A stretch of DNA of 64,000 nucleotides from an uncultured Chloroflexia bacterium (lineage in GTDB: Bacteria > Chloroflexota > Limnocylindria > Limnocylindrales > CSP1-4): positions 128,001 to 192,000 of the forward strand of contig CAVYIM010000009.1 in assembly GCA_963768655.1 (NCBI GenBank). Reading direction: 5' to 3'. A program made the position numbers and the translations under genes. Below, one piece after another: positions 20,402-29,119 of this stretch. The notes beneath the pieces are model-generated. The model saw only the letters and a program-made list of their open reading frames with translations, did no database searches and was not told where the DNA came from. Numbering within the stretch: position 1 is the first letter of the stretch; every line of letters starts with the position of its first letter.

Positions 20402-21400
20402 TCAGGTGCGCGCCAGCCGCGCCCTAGCGCCCTCGATCGAAACAGCGTCGATCCAGCGTTCCCGGGCGGCCCGCATGGCAATCGTGCGAGGGCCGGGCCT
20501 GCCGTTGCCGATCCCTCGGCCGTCCACCGAGACAACCGGTATTACGCCCCCGATGCTGGCGCAGATGGCCATCTCGTCGGCCGCGAACACGTCCTCGAGC
20601 CGAAGATCGCGCTCGACCATGGCCAGCCCGACCGCGTCGCCATGCTCCACCAGCCATGCTCGCGTCGTGCCCGCCAGCAGCCCGGTGCCGAGCCGGGGAG
20701 TGGCGCAGGTGTCGCCCTCGATCAGCAAGACATTAGAGGTCGTGGCTTCGGTGATTCGCCCGTCCGTCGTCAGGAAGATCGCGTCGTCCGCGCCGGCGCG
20801 CTCGGCCTCGATGCGCGCGTAGACCAGCTCCGCACGCGACGTCGTCTTGATTCCGGAGATCGGCGAATCGGCGTCACGGTGGACGCAACTGGTGATGAAC
20901 CGCTCGCCCTGCTCCAGGGCCCGCGCCGCGGGTGGAGCGTATGGCCAGGCCTGGATGGCCACGGTTGCTCGGAGGCCCGCCTGGGGCAGGACAGCGCGGG
21001 TGGGATCGAAGCCCCGGCTGACGGTGATTCGGACCACCGCATCGCCCGGAGGGTCGGCACGGTCCGCGGAAGCGGCCCCGTCCCGCGCCTCCGCCCCGTC
21101 CCGCGCCTCCGCCCGGTCCGCCGATCCACTGCCGTCCAGGCCTTCGGCCGCCAGCAGCTCCGCGACGCCCGCAGCCACGGTGTCGTCGCCAAACGGCAGC
21201 TCGAAGGCCAGCGCGGCCATGCTGTCGTGCAGCCGCGCCAGATGCCCGGCCAGCTCGATGGCCACGCCGCGGCGGGCTCGCAGTGCCTCGAAGACACCGT
21301 CGCCGAGCTGGAAGCCACGATCGTATACGGAGATGTGGGCCGCGTCGGAAGCCACCAGCCTGCCGTCGAGCCAGACGTTCGATGCGGCGGGTCGACTCAC
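20402..21400 (-). CDS. Class IV PLP aminotransferase (IlvE/PabC/D-amino acid aminotransferase family)
   Basis: ISVYDRGFQLGDGVFE, VRITVSRG, IKT, EATTSNV, LLAGTTR; SD GGAGG. Confidence 0.9.
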   Translation of the reverse strand: MSRPAASNVWLDGRLVASDAAHISVYDRGFQLGDGVFEALRARRGVAIELAGHLARLHDSMAALAFELPFGDDTVAAGVAELLAAEGLDGSGSADRAEARDGAEARDGAASADRADPPGDAVVRITVSRGFDPTRAVLPQAGLRATVAIQAWPYAPPAARALEQGERFITSCVHRDADSPISGIKTTSRAELVYARIEAERAGADDAIFLTTDGRITEATTSNVLLIEGDTCATPRLGTGLLAGTTRAWLVEHGDAVGLAMVERDLRLEDVFAADEMAICASIGGVIPVVSVDGRGIGNGRPGPRTIAMRAARERWIDAVSIEGARARLART

Positions 21401-21812
21401 GTAATCCTCCGAAACGGTCCGTCGATTAGGCGGGGCGCCCGGCCGAGGGGGAAGCTGGGCGCCCCATGAAGGCGGATGGCGGCGCTGGTAGTGAGGTTCG
21501 GGAGACCTCGCCATTCCGCTCGGCTCGACCGTGAGGCCGGCCGGCGACACACCGTCCCGGGCATGATAGATGCGCACCGCCAATCGAGCGCAGAGAGTCC
21601 GCGGCACGGTGCCGAAAGGGGGCGGCCCCGCGGGAGGGGGCCGCAGGGCCGCCGAGGAATTCTGTCTTTGCCGCCGTGCGCCGACAGTCGCCGCCGGGCG
21701 CCGGCTGCGTCCAGAGCTTACGCCACGAAACGAACGGGCGCACCCTCAATCTGGAGGAAGGCGGCGATGCGAGGAGGACGACATCGCCGCCCCGGAGAAC
21801 AGCGGGTGGTTG

Positions 21813-24179
21813 TCAGGCGCCCGTGGCGCCGGCCTCGCCGAATCCGCTTCCGCCGGCGCCGGCACCCAGGAGCTGCTCCGGCTCACCCTCGATGGTGATC
21901 CGGGGGATCCAGCGCAGGAAGCTCGGCATCCACCAGTTCCACTCGCCCAGCAGCTTCATGAGCGATGGCAGCAGCAGGCTGCGGACGACTGTGGCGTCGA
22001 CCAGGATCGCCACCGCCAGCCCGACGCCCAGCTCCTGGATGATCGCCAGCTGGATCGTGAAGAACGCACCGAAGACGCAGACCATGATCGCGGCGGCGCT
22101 GGTGACGGTGCCGGCGGTGATCGTGATCCCCTTGACGACCGCGTCGGTGGACGCGAGGCCGCGGTCGCGAGCCTCCTTGACGCGGGTCAGAATGAAGACG
22201 TGGTAGTCCATCGAGAGACCGAACAGGATGGTGAAGACCATGGCCGGGGCCCAGGCCTCGATCACGTTCGGCCGGATGTCGGTCACGTCTTTGAACCAGC
22301 CCTCCTGGAACAGCAGGACGAGGACGCCGAAGGCGGCGCCGGCGGAGAGCAGGTTGAGGATGATCGCCTTGAGGGGGATGACGATGGAGTGGAAGGCCAC
22401 CAGCAGGAGCAGGAAGCTCATGCCCAGGACGAAGCCGATCACCAGTGGCATCTGGCTGCCGTACCAGTCCGCGTAATCCATGGTGTACGTGGCCTCGCCC
22501 GACACGTAGACCCGTGTGCCGGGCACCGAGCCGAAGTAGCTCGGCACGACGGACGCCCGGAAGCTGCGGGCGAGATCCCAGTTGGCCAGATCGTTCGGCC
22601 CGCCGGGGATCGCCGCGGAGACGTCCGCCACGGTGCCGTCGCCGGAGTACGCGACGGCGGTAGTCGCGGCGTTGACGCCCGCGAACGAGCCGCCCTTCAT
22701 CGCCGTCTCGAAGGTCCGGATGGCCGTCGCGGTCCGGGGCTGCGTGGCGTCGGTGACGATGACCTCGATGGTCAGATCGCGGCCGGCCGGCCACTTGGTG
22801 GTGATGAGCTCCCAGGCGCGAACGCCCTCGACGCTCTGAGGCAGAGTCGAGACGTCGCTCGTCGTGGAGCCGAGCTGGAGCTTCGAGACGGGGGCGGCGA
22901 CGAGGATGAGGATCGAAGTCGCCGCGACGGCCGCGATGACGGGGTGATTCGTGGCGGCCCGGACGATGCTTCCCCATATCCCTCGACCCTCGCCGCGGTC
23001 GCGGGACAGGTACGGAATGCCGAAGCGCATGACCTTGCGGTCGAGGATGGAGAGCGAGGCCGGCAGGAAGGTGAGACTGCCGACGACCGAGATGAGGACG
23101 ACGGCAATGGCGCCGATCGCGATCGACTTGAAGAGGCTGTCGTCGATCAGCAGCAGGGCGCCGAGCGAGATCGTCACCGCCAGGCCGCTGAAGAAGACGG
23201 CTCGACCGGCCGTGGAGCTGGCGACCTCGATGGCGCCGAGCTTGTCGCGCCCGGCGGCGCGCTCGGTCCGGAACCTCGATATGACGAAGAGCGAGTAATC
23301 CACGGCCACCGCGAGCCCGATCAGGACCACGATCTGGACCACGTACTGGCTGATCGGCGCGAAGGCCTGGCTGTAGAGGTCGACCAGGCCCATCGCGCCG
23401 ACGATCGCACTGAGTGCCAGCACGATGGGGACGAAGGCGGCGACCGCCGACCGCGACGCGATCAGCAGGATCAGGAAGGTGACGATCAGGGTCGGCAGGA
23501 GCAGTCCGTCGAGCGAGCTGTTGATGTACACGCCGAAGTCGGCGTTGATCAGCCGGTTGTTGAAGGCGTAGATGGTCAGGTCCGGGTAGTCCGTCTTGAA
23601 CTGCTCGGCCAGCGGCTTGATCGCGTTCGCCTTGGTCGTGGCTTCGGCGTCGTCACCGGAGACCCTGGCTGTGACGATGGCCGTCGTGCCGTCCGCCGAC
23701 AGTACGCTCGGGGCCTGGCTGGGGGCGGCTGCGGCGAGGGCGTACGGATCGACGACGGCCGGCAGCTGGCTGCTCGGATCCTTGTAGAAGACCGGTGTGG
23801 GCGTCCCGTCGATCGTGACCGTCAGGCTTGTCAGGCGGCTCGTCATGTCGGCGATCGCCTGGCGGTTGGCCGGCGTGTCCAGCTTGCCGGACGGGTTCTC
23901 GACGAGCAGATAGAACGATTCGGTCGTGACGGCGCTCTTCGTGCCCGCGTCGTCGAAGACGTTCCAGCCCGTCTGCGAGTCGCCGATCGTCTTGCCCTTG
24001 TCCATGATCGACTGCGACCGCGCTCCGCCCAGGGCGATGCTGGCGGCCATGAGGCCGATCGTCAGGACGAACCACCCGGCCAGAACGGGCCAGCGATGGC
24101 GGGCGCTCCAGACCGCGACCCTGACCGTCCAGGGCTCGCGGCGAGATACGGGCGCGCCGCTGGCGGGATCCATTGCCAC
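21813..24179 (-). CDS. MMPL family (RND-like) transporter
   Basis: GLAVAVDYSLF..RFR.E, TAGRAVFFSG, FGLSMDYHVF, DATVVRSLLLP. Confidence 0.93.
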   Translation of the reverse strand: MAMDPASGAPVSRREPWTVRVAVWSARHRWPVLAGWFVLTIGLMAASIALGGARSQSIMDKGKTIGDSQTGWNVFDDAGTKSAVTTESFYLLVENPSGKLDTPANRQAIADMTSRLTSLTVTIDGTPTPVFYKDPSSQLPAVVDPYALAAAAPSQAPSVLSADGTTAIVTARVSGDDAEATTKANAIKPLAEQFKTDYPDLTIYAFNNRLINADFGVYINSSLDGLLLPTLIVTFLILLIASRSAVAAFVPIVLALSAIVGAMGLVDLYSQAFAPISQYVVQIVVLIGLAVAVDYSLFVISRFRTERAAGRDKLGAIEVASSTAGRAVFFSGLAVTISLGALLLIDDSLFKSIAIGAIAVVLISVVGSLTFLPASLSILDRKVMRFGIPYLSRDRGEGRGIWGSIVRAATNHPVIAAVAATSILILVAAPVSKLQLGSTTSDVSTLPQSVEGVRAWELITTKWPAGRDLTIEVIVTDATQPRTATAIRTFETAMKGGSFAGVNAATTAVAYSGDGTVADVSAAIPGGPNDLANWDLARSFRASVVPSYFGSVPGTRVYVSGEATYTMDYADWYGSQMPLVIGFVLGMSFLLLLVAFHSIVIPLKAIILNLLSAGAAFGVLVLLFQEGWFKDVTDIRPNVIEAWAPAMVFTILFGLSMDYHVFILTRVKEARDRGLASTDAVVKGITITAGTVTSAAAIMVCVFGAFFTIQLAIIQELGVGLAVAILVDATVVRSLLLPSLMKLLGEWNWWMPSFLRWIPRITIEGEPEQLLGAGAGGSGFGEAGATGA

Positions 24180-24245
24180 TTGCTGCTCCTCCTCCGGCGG
24201 CGCCCCAACTCGACGCCGCCGACGATGGTAACCGGGGCGGGGCGA

Positions 24246-25013
24246 TCAGGCCGTGGCGGCGACGGCCGGCGCGGCGGCCGAGGTGGCCATCACCGGCGTC
24301 GCGGCGATAGCGCCGCGCAGGCCCTGGTCGCGGATGCGCCCGTCGCGCATCCGGATGACCCGGTCGCAGGCCTCGCCCACCTCGGCATCGTGGGTGACGA
24401 GCACGATCGTCTGGCCGTGCTCGCGGTTGAACTCACGCAGCAGAGCCAGGACCTCGGCGCTCCGCTCGGAATCGAGGTTGCCGGTCGGCTCGTCCGCCAG
24501 GATGATCTCGGGCTTGTTGACGAGCGCGCGGGCGACGGCGACGCGCTGCTGCTCGCCACCCGACAGCTCGGACGGCTTGTGACCGGCCCGATCCTGCAGG
24601 CCGACGAGGGACAGCGCCTCGAGGCCTGCCTGCTTCGCCTGGTTGCCGCGGACGCCGGCGTAGTCGCACGCGAGCATCACGTTCTCGAGAGCCGTCAGCG
24701 TCGGTACCAGGTTGAAGTCCTGGAAGACGAAGCCCATCCGGCGGGCCCGGATCCGCGTGCGAGCGTTATCCGAGAGAGCGGCCACGTCCTCGCCGGCGAG
24801 GTGAAGCTCGGGGGCCGGGCCGTGGTTGGGATCCGGGGCGTGGAGCAGGCCCAGGATGTGCATCAGGGTGCTCTTGCCCGATCCGGAGGGCCCCATGATC
24901 GCCACCATCTCGCCCCGCTCGATCGAGATCTCGACGCCCTTGAGGGCTTCGACGGTGTTCCGGCGGCTCAGCCGGTAGGTCTTGCGGAGGTTGCGTCCTT
25001 CGAGGATTGCCAT
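24246..25013 (-). CDS. ABC transporter ATP-binding protein (MacB/LolD-like)
   Basis: GPSGSGKST, LSGGEQQRVAVARAL, ILADEPTGNLDS, VTHD. Confidence 0.95.
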   Translation of the reverse strand: MAILEGRNLRKTYRLSRRNTVEALKGVEISIERGEMVAIMGPSGSGKSTLMHILGLLHAPDPNHGPAPELHLAGEDVAALSDNARTRIRARRMGFVFQDFNLVPTLTALENVMLACDYAGVRGNQAKQAGLEALSLVGLQDRAGHKPSELSGGEQQRVAVARALVNKPEIILADEPTGNLDSERSAEVLALLREFNREHGQTIVLVTHDAEVGEACDRVIRMRDGRIRDQGLRGAIAATPVMATSAAAPAVAATA

Positions 25014-25098
25014 CGTGTTGTCTCCTGCGCGGGCCGCTCGAGGCGCCCGCGATCCGGCTGGATTGGCGGTTCCGTGGAGTTACCTGGCGCCCGACCTG

Positions 25099-26268
25099 CT
25101 ACTCGTAGCGGAGGGCGGTCACCGGGTCGAGGCGGGAGGCGTGCCAGGCCGGAATGAAGCCGGCGGCCGCGCCCAGGATCGTGGCGAAGGCGACGGACGA
25201 GAAGGCCGTGCCGAACGTCAGGTCGAAGAGGATCGTGGCCGAGTCGCGGCCGGCGTCGTTCCCGAGCGTCGTGATGACGTAGCCCAGGCCCAGCCCGAGC
25301 AGTCCGCCTATCAGGCCGATGAGGGCCGACTCGATCACGATCTCCCGGCGAATGCGCCAGCGGGACGCGCCGATGGCCCGCTTGATGCCGATCTCGCGGG
25401 TCCGCTCGGCGACGGACATGGCCATCGTGTTGATGACCGAGAGCCCGCCGACGAGGAGGCTGATCAGGCCGATGCCGATCAGAATCGCGTTCAGCATGGA
25501 AGTCGCGGCTCCGATCTGCTGGTCGAAGTCCTTGCCGGTCATCGGTGTGACCCCGGAGATCGAGGCGTTGATCTCGTCGGCGATCTGCTGCGGGTCGACT
25601 CCGGGCTTCGGGTAGACCACGAGGCTGGTCGCGAGCTCGCCGGCGTCGAGCTTGTCCGCGACCAGAGCCGGCAGAGTCTTGATGAAGAGCTCCTGGGCGG
25701 CGGCCATCGGGACCATGGCCGAGTTGTCCGGGGCGGTGAGCGTGGGCTCGAGGATCCCGACGACTTTGAACTGGACGTCGCGGAGCGTGACGGAGTCGCC
25801 CACTTTGGCGTTGAACTGGCGGGCGAGATCCGAACCGAGGACGACGACGTCGCTGCCTTCGTCCTGCGGGGTCAGGGCCCGGCCCGTGGCGTAGTTGAGC
25901 TGGAACGTCTCGCGGCCCTTGTCGGCGCCGGCGACCGCGCCGTCGATCATCGGCGGCGTGCCCATCGAGACGCCGCTCTGGTCGTCGCTGAGCAGGATCT
26001 CGACGCCAGGAACGACCACGTCGACTCCACCCAGCGCGGCGACCTGGTCGGCCATCCTGGTGGAGAGGACTCCGCCAAGGCCCATGTAGCCGCCCTTGGC
26101 GCTGATGACAACCTTGTCCTTGTAGTAAGTGCTTCCGCCTTTGACGAGGGCGTCGATCTTGTTGGCCATCGAGCCGAAGACGACCAGGGCCATGATGCCG
26201 ATCATGATCCCGGTGATGGTCAGAGCGGAGCGGAGCTTGCGGCGACCGAGGTCGCGCACGAGTCGCAT
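25099..26268 (-). CDS. ABC transporter permease (MacB/FtsX-like)
   Basis: RRKLRSALTITGI, SVAERTREIGIKRAIGA, PAWHASRLDPVTALRYE. Confidence 0.93.
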   Translation of the reverse strand: MRLVRDLGRRKLRSALTITGIMIGIMALVVFGSMANKIDALVKGGSTYYKDKVVISAKGGYMGLGGVLSTRMADQVAALGGVDVVVPGVEILLSDDQSGVSMGTPPMIDGAVAGADKGRETFQLNYATGRALTPQDEGSDVVVLGSDLARQFNAKVGDSVTLRDVQFKVVGILEPTLTAPDNSAMVPMAAAQELFIKTLPALVADKLDAGELATSLVVYPKPGVDPQQIADEINASISGVTPMTGKDFDQQIGAATSMLNAILIGIGLISLLVGGLSVINTMAMSVAERTREIGIKRAIGASRWRIRREIVIESALIGLIGGLLGLGLGYVITTLGNDAGRDSATILFDLTFGTAFSSVAFATILGAAAGFIPAWHASRLDPVTALRYE

Positions 26269-26354
26269 CGTTGGTTCTCCTTCGCTGGTGGCCGTCGCGC
26301 CATTGGCTGCTGGTTTCGAGGGGCGCCGCGCCGGCGTGTATCTCGTCGTGCCCA

Positions 26355-26447
26355 AAGCTACGGGCGGAGCCGTGTTGCGCCGTCGTCCGAGATGCGGAAA
26401 CACCGGTCGTCCAGGCGGGTGAACCTCGTCTCATCCCTGGGTATGAC
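26355..26447 (-). promoter_or_regulatory. Promoter of ABC-MMPL operon with three putative response-regulator boxes
   Basis: -10 TAGCTT (26360-26355); imperfect 18-20 bp palindromes at 26381-26400, 26406-26423 and 26430-26447 (ctcatccctgggtatgac). Confidence 0.55.
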
Positions 26448-26501
26448 AGACCGATGCCGGGGGATGAGCGGCCCGTCGACCCGCGGCGCCGGGTGGCGGG
26501 G

Positions 26502-27158
26502 TCAGACCAGGCCCGTCTCGTAGGCGAGGATCACCGCCTGGACCCGGTCGCGGATCTCGAGCTTGGCCAGGACCCGGGAGACGTGCGTCTTCACCGTCGT
26601 CTCCGAGACCACCAGCTTCTCCGCGATCTCGGCGTTGGAGAGGCCGCGGGCGACGAGCTTCAGTACCTCGAGCTCACGCTCGGTCAGCTCCGAGAGCGCC
26701 GGGATCGAATTCTCTCGGGCGGGAGGGAGGCGGCTGGCGACATGGTCCAGGAGGCGGCGCGTGACCGACGGCGCGAGCAGGGCTTCGCCGGCCGCCACGA
26801 TTCGGATCGCGTCCACGAGATCCTCAGGCGGCGCGTCTTTGAGCAGGAAGCCACTGGCGCCCGCCCGGAGCGCCTCCACCACGTACTCGTCCAGGCCGAA
26901 CGTGGTCAGGATCAGCACCTTCTTGGGGTTCTCGACCCCGGGCCCGGCCAGGGCGCGAGTGGCCTGGATGCCGTCGATGCCGGGCATTCGGATGTCCATC
27001 AGCACGACGTCCGGGTCGAGCCTGCGGGCCGCCTCGACGGCGCTGGCACCGTCGCCGGCCTCGCCCACGATCATGAGATCCGGCTCGGCCGACAGGATCA
27101 TCCGGAACCCGGTCCGCAGCAGCGGCTGATCGTCGACCAGCAGGACCCGGATCGTCAC
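26502..27158 (-). CDS. NarL/LuxR family response regulator
   Basis: VLLVDDQ, DVVLMDIRMP, GFLLKD, LTERELEVLKLVARGLSNAEIA..TVKTHV. Confidence 0.96.
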   Translation of the reverse strand: MTIRVLLVDDQPLLRTGFRMILSAEPDLMIVGEAGDGASAVEAARRLDPDVVLMDIRMPGIDGIQATRALAGPGVENPKKVLILTTFGLDEYVVEALRAGASGFLLKDAPPEDLVDAIRIVAAGEALLAPSVTRRLLDHVASRLPPARENSIPALSELTERELEVLKLVARGLSNAEIAEKLVVSETTVKTHVSRVLAKLEIRDRVQAVILAYETGLV

Positions 27159-28588
27159 GGCTCACTCCTCCCCGTCTTGGATGGGCTCGATCGGTTGGTG
27201 GACGGACTCTGTCGCTGAGTGGGTCGTGGCGTCGGATGGGGCGGGACCACGCGCCCGATCAGCGGCGGCACGACGCGCGGCTGCACGAGCGGCTCGGGCT
27301 CCCTGACATGCGCCGGCGGCTTGTAACCCGCCCAGCGGCCGCGCGGCTCGGCCGCCGCCCCGTCGGCCAGGGCGGATCCATGGTCCCGCCCCAGTGAGGC
27401 ACACGGTTCCGGCTCGAGCGGGAAGCGGGCATGGACGCGGTATCCGCCGGGAAAGACGGGCCCCGTCTCCAGCTCACCGTTGTAGAGCGCCACTCGCTCG
27501 CGCATCCCGATCAGGCCGTGTCCGCCTTCTGTCGCTTTCGCGAGCAGGGGCGCGGCCGCTCCCCGCCCGTCGTCGGTGACCTCGATGTCCAGAGCCTCGG
27601 CCTCGTGGTGGACCGTGACGCGGGCCGTGGCCTTGCCGGCGTGTTTCACCGCGTTCGTGAGGGCTTCCTGGACGATCCGGTAGGCGGCCAGGTCCATTCC
27701 CGCCGGCAGCGGCCGGTCCATCCCTTCGACCGTCAGCTCTACCGGCAGGCCGGCCTCCCTGACCTGGGCGACGAGCCGATCGAGATCGGCGAGACCCGGC
27801 TGCGGGCCGACACCGGCCTCGTCGGCACGCAGGACCTCGAGCATGCGCCGCATCTCGTCCAGCGCGGTCCGGCCGGCCTGCTCGACAGCCTGGAGGGCGT
27901 CTCGGGCCTGGGCCGGGTCCTTCTCGATGACGCGTCGGGCGCCGGCGGCCTGGACGACCATGACGCTGACGTGGTGGGCGACCACGTCGTGCAGCTCGCG
28001 AGCGATTCGGGCGCGCTCCTCGGCCACGGCCTGCGTGGCCCTCTCCTCGCGCTCGTGCTCCAGCTGGACGGCCCGCTCCTCGAGCTGAGCCGTGTAGGCG
28101 CGTCGCACTCGGAGGTTGTCGCCGATGACCCAGGCCAGGCCGCAGGCCAGATATGACTCGACCAGGGCGCTGGGCCAGTCCGACACCGAACCGAACCTGG
28201 CGTAGCCGCCGAAGCTGATCGCCACGCCGACGGCCGTAACGATCGCCGCGATCGTGGTTCGCCGCCGCGGCACGTTTGCGGCGACCGTGTAGAAAGCGAT
28301 CAGGACGCCCAGCGGGGCGGGCGACGAAGGGTAGGCGAGCAGGCTGTAGAGAATGGTAGACGACCCGGTGACATACAGGGTCCGTGTGGGGTTCCGGCGG
28401 CGCCACGCGACCGGCAGCGTCTGCAGCACGAGCAGCGGCGCACTTACGATGTCCAAGCGGTTGAAGTCTCGCCAGATCGTGAGCAAGGACACGGCTGCCA
28501 GGATGACGCCCATGGCCAAGTCCGCGTAGTCCTGGTTCCAGCGGAGACGCCCCAGGTGGCGCGTCGGGATGGCGATCGTTCGTTGCAT
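27155..28588 (-). CDS. Sensor histidine kinase (HisKA_3, NarQ/DesK-like)
   Basis: EERARIARELHDVVAH, QEALTNAVKHA, DDGRG, GHGLIGMRER; N-terminal TM domain. Confidence 0.95.
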   Translation of the reverse strand: MQRTIAIPTRHLGRLRWNQDYADLAMGVILAAVSLLTIWRDFNRLDIVSAPLLVLQTLPVAWRRRNPTRTLYVTGSSTILYSLLAYPSSPAPLGVLIAFYTVAANVPRRRTTIAAIVTAVGVAISFGGYARFGSVSDWPSALVESYLACGLAWVIGDNLRVRRAYTAQLEERAVQLEHEREERATQAVAEERARIARELHDVVAHHVSVMVVQAAGARRVIEKDPAQARDALQAVEQAGRTALDEMRRMLEVLRADEAGVGPQPGLADLDRLVAQVREAGLPVELTVEGMDRPLPAGMDLAAYRIVQEALTNAVKHAGKATARVTVHHEAEALDIEVTDDGRGAAAPLLAKATEGGHGLIGMRERVALYNGELETGPVFPGGYRVHARFPLEPEPCASLGRDHGSALADGAAAEPRGRWAGYKPPAHVREPEPLVQPRVVPPLIGRVVPPHPTPRPTQRQSPSTNRSSPSKTGRSEP

Positions 28589-28699
28589 GGTCGCAAGTTA
28601 CGCTTCGCCGGCCGCCGCCGCATCAGCCCAGCGCACGACGGCGGATGCGCCCTGCGGCGGAGCCGGCCGGTGGCTCCGCGGGCTTACCGAGCCTGGCCG

Positions 28700-28999
28700 C
28701 TACCGCGCGTCGGGTCGACGAACGTAGGTCACCGTCAGCCTGGCGGTCGGGCGTCTTAGTAGCAGATAGGCCCACAGGAACGCCCCGATCACGAACAAGA
28801 GCAGGAGCGTTGCGACCAACCCCATCGCCAGCGGCCAGTCGCCCTCGACGTAGTGCTGGCCGGCGGGCTCATAGCCCTGGGCAAGGAGCAGAACGGCGTC
28901 GCTGTGGAACGCCTCGATCAGGTCCTCGTACCTGCCGCCTTCGTATGTCCGGATGAAGATCGGGCTGCTCGCGACATCGGGCCATGTGCCGGCGATCAC
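28700..28999 (-). CDS. Small membrane hypothetical protein
   Basis: SD GGAGGAG, 99-aa ORF with one hydrophobic segment. Confidence 0.55.
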   Translation of the reverse strand: MIAGTWPDVASSPIFIRTYEGGRYEDLIEAFHSDAVLLLAQGYEPAGQHYVEGDWPLAMGLVATLLLLFVIGAFLWAYLLLRRPTARLTVTYVRRPDAR

Positions 29000-29078
29000 G
29001 TTCGCTCCTCCCCAGCTCGCTCCGACGGAGCCAGCCTTGATGGTACGCGCCCGATCTCACCCGATGCCGGGCCGCGAG

Positions 29079-29119
29079 CGCGGAACGGCGTGGGGCCGGC
29101 CGCGGAACGGCGTGGGGCC
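29079..29119. repeat. 19-bp direct repeat, two copies
   Basis: cgcggaacggcgtggggcc at 29079-29097 and 29101-29119, next to the kamA stop. Confidence 0.8.

Noticed and set aside
21075-21113. 18-bp duplication (AEARDG x2) in the aminotransferase
   Set aside because: Simple in-frame loop expansion with no evident function
21570-25157. Long antisense or alternative-frame ORFs (e.g. 21570-25157 +, 3298-5472 -, 12385-13953 +)
   Set aside because: Shadow ORFs of high-GC genes; no recognisable motifs, and the opposite strand carries well-supported genes
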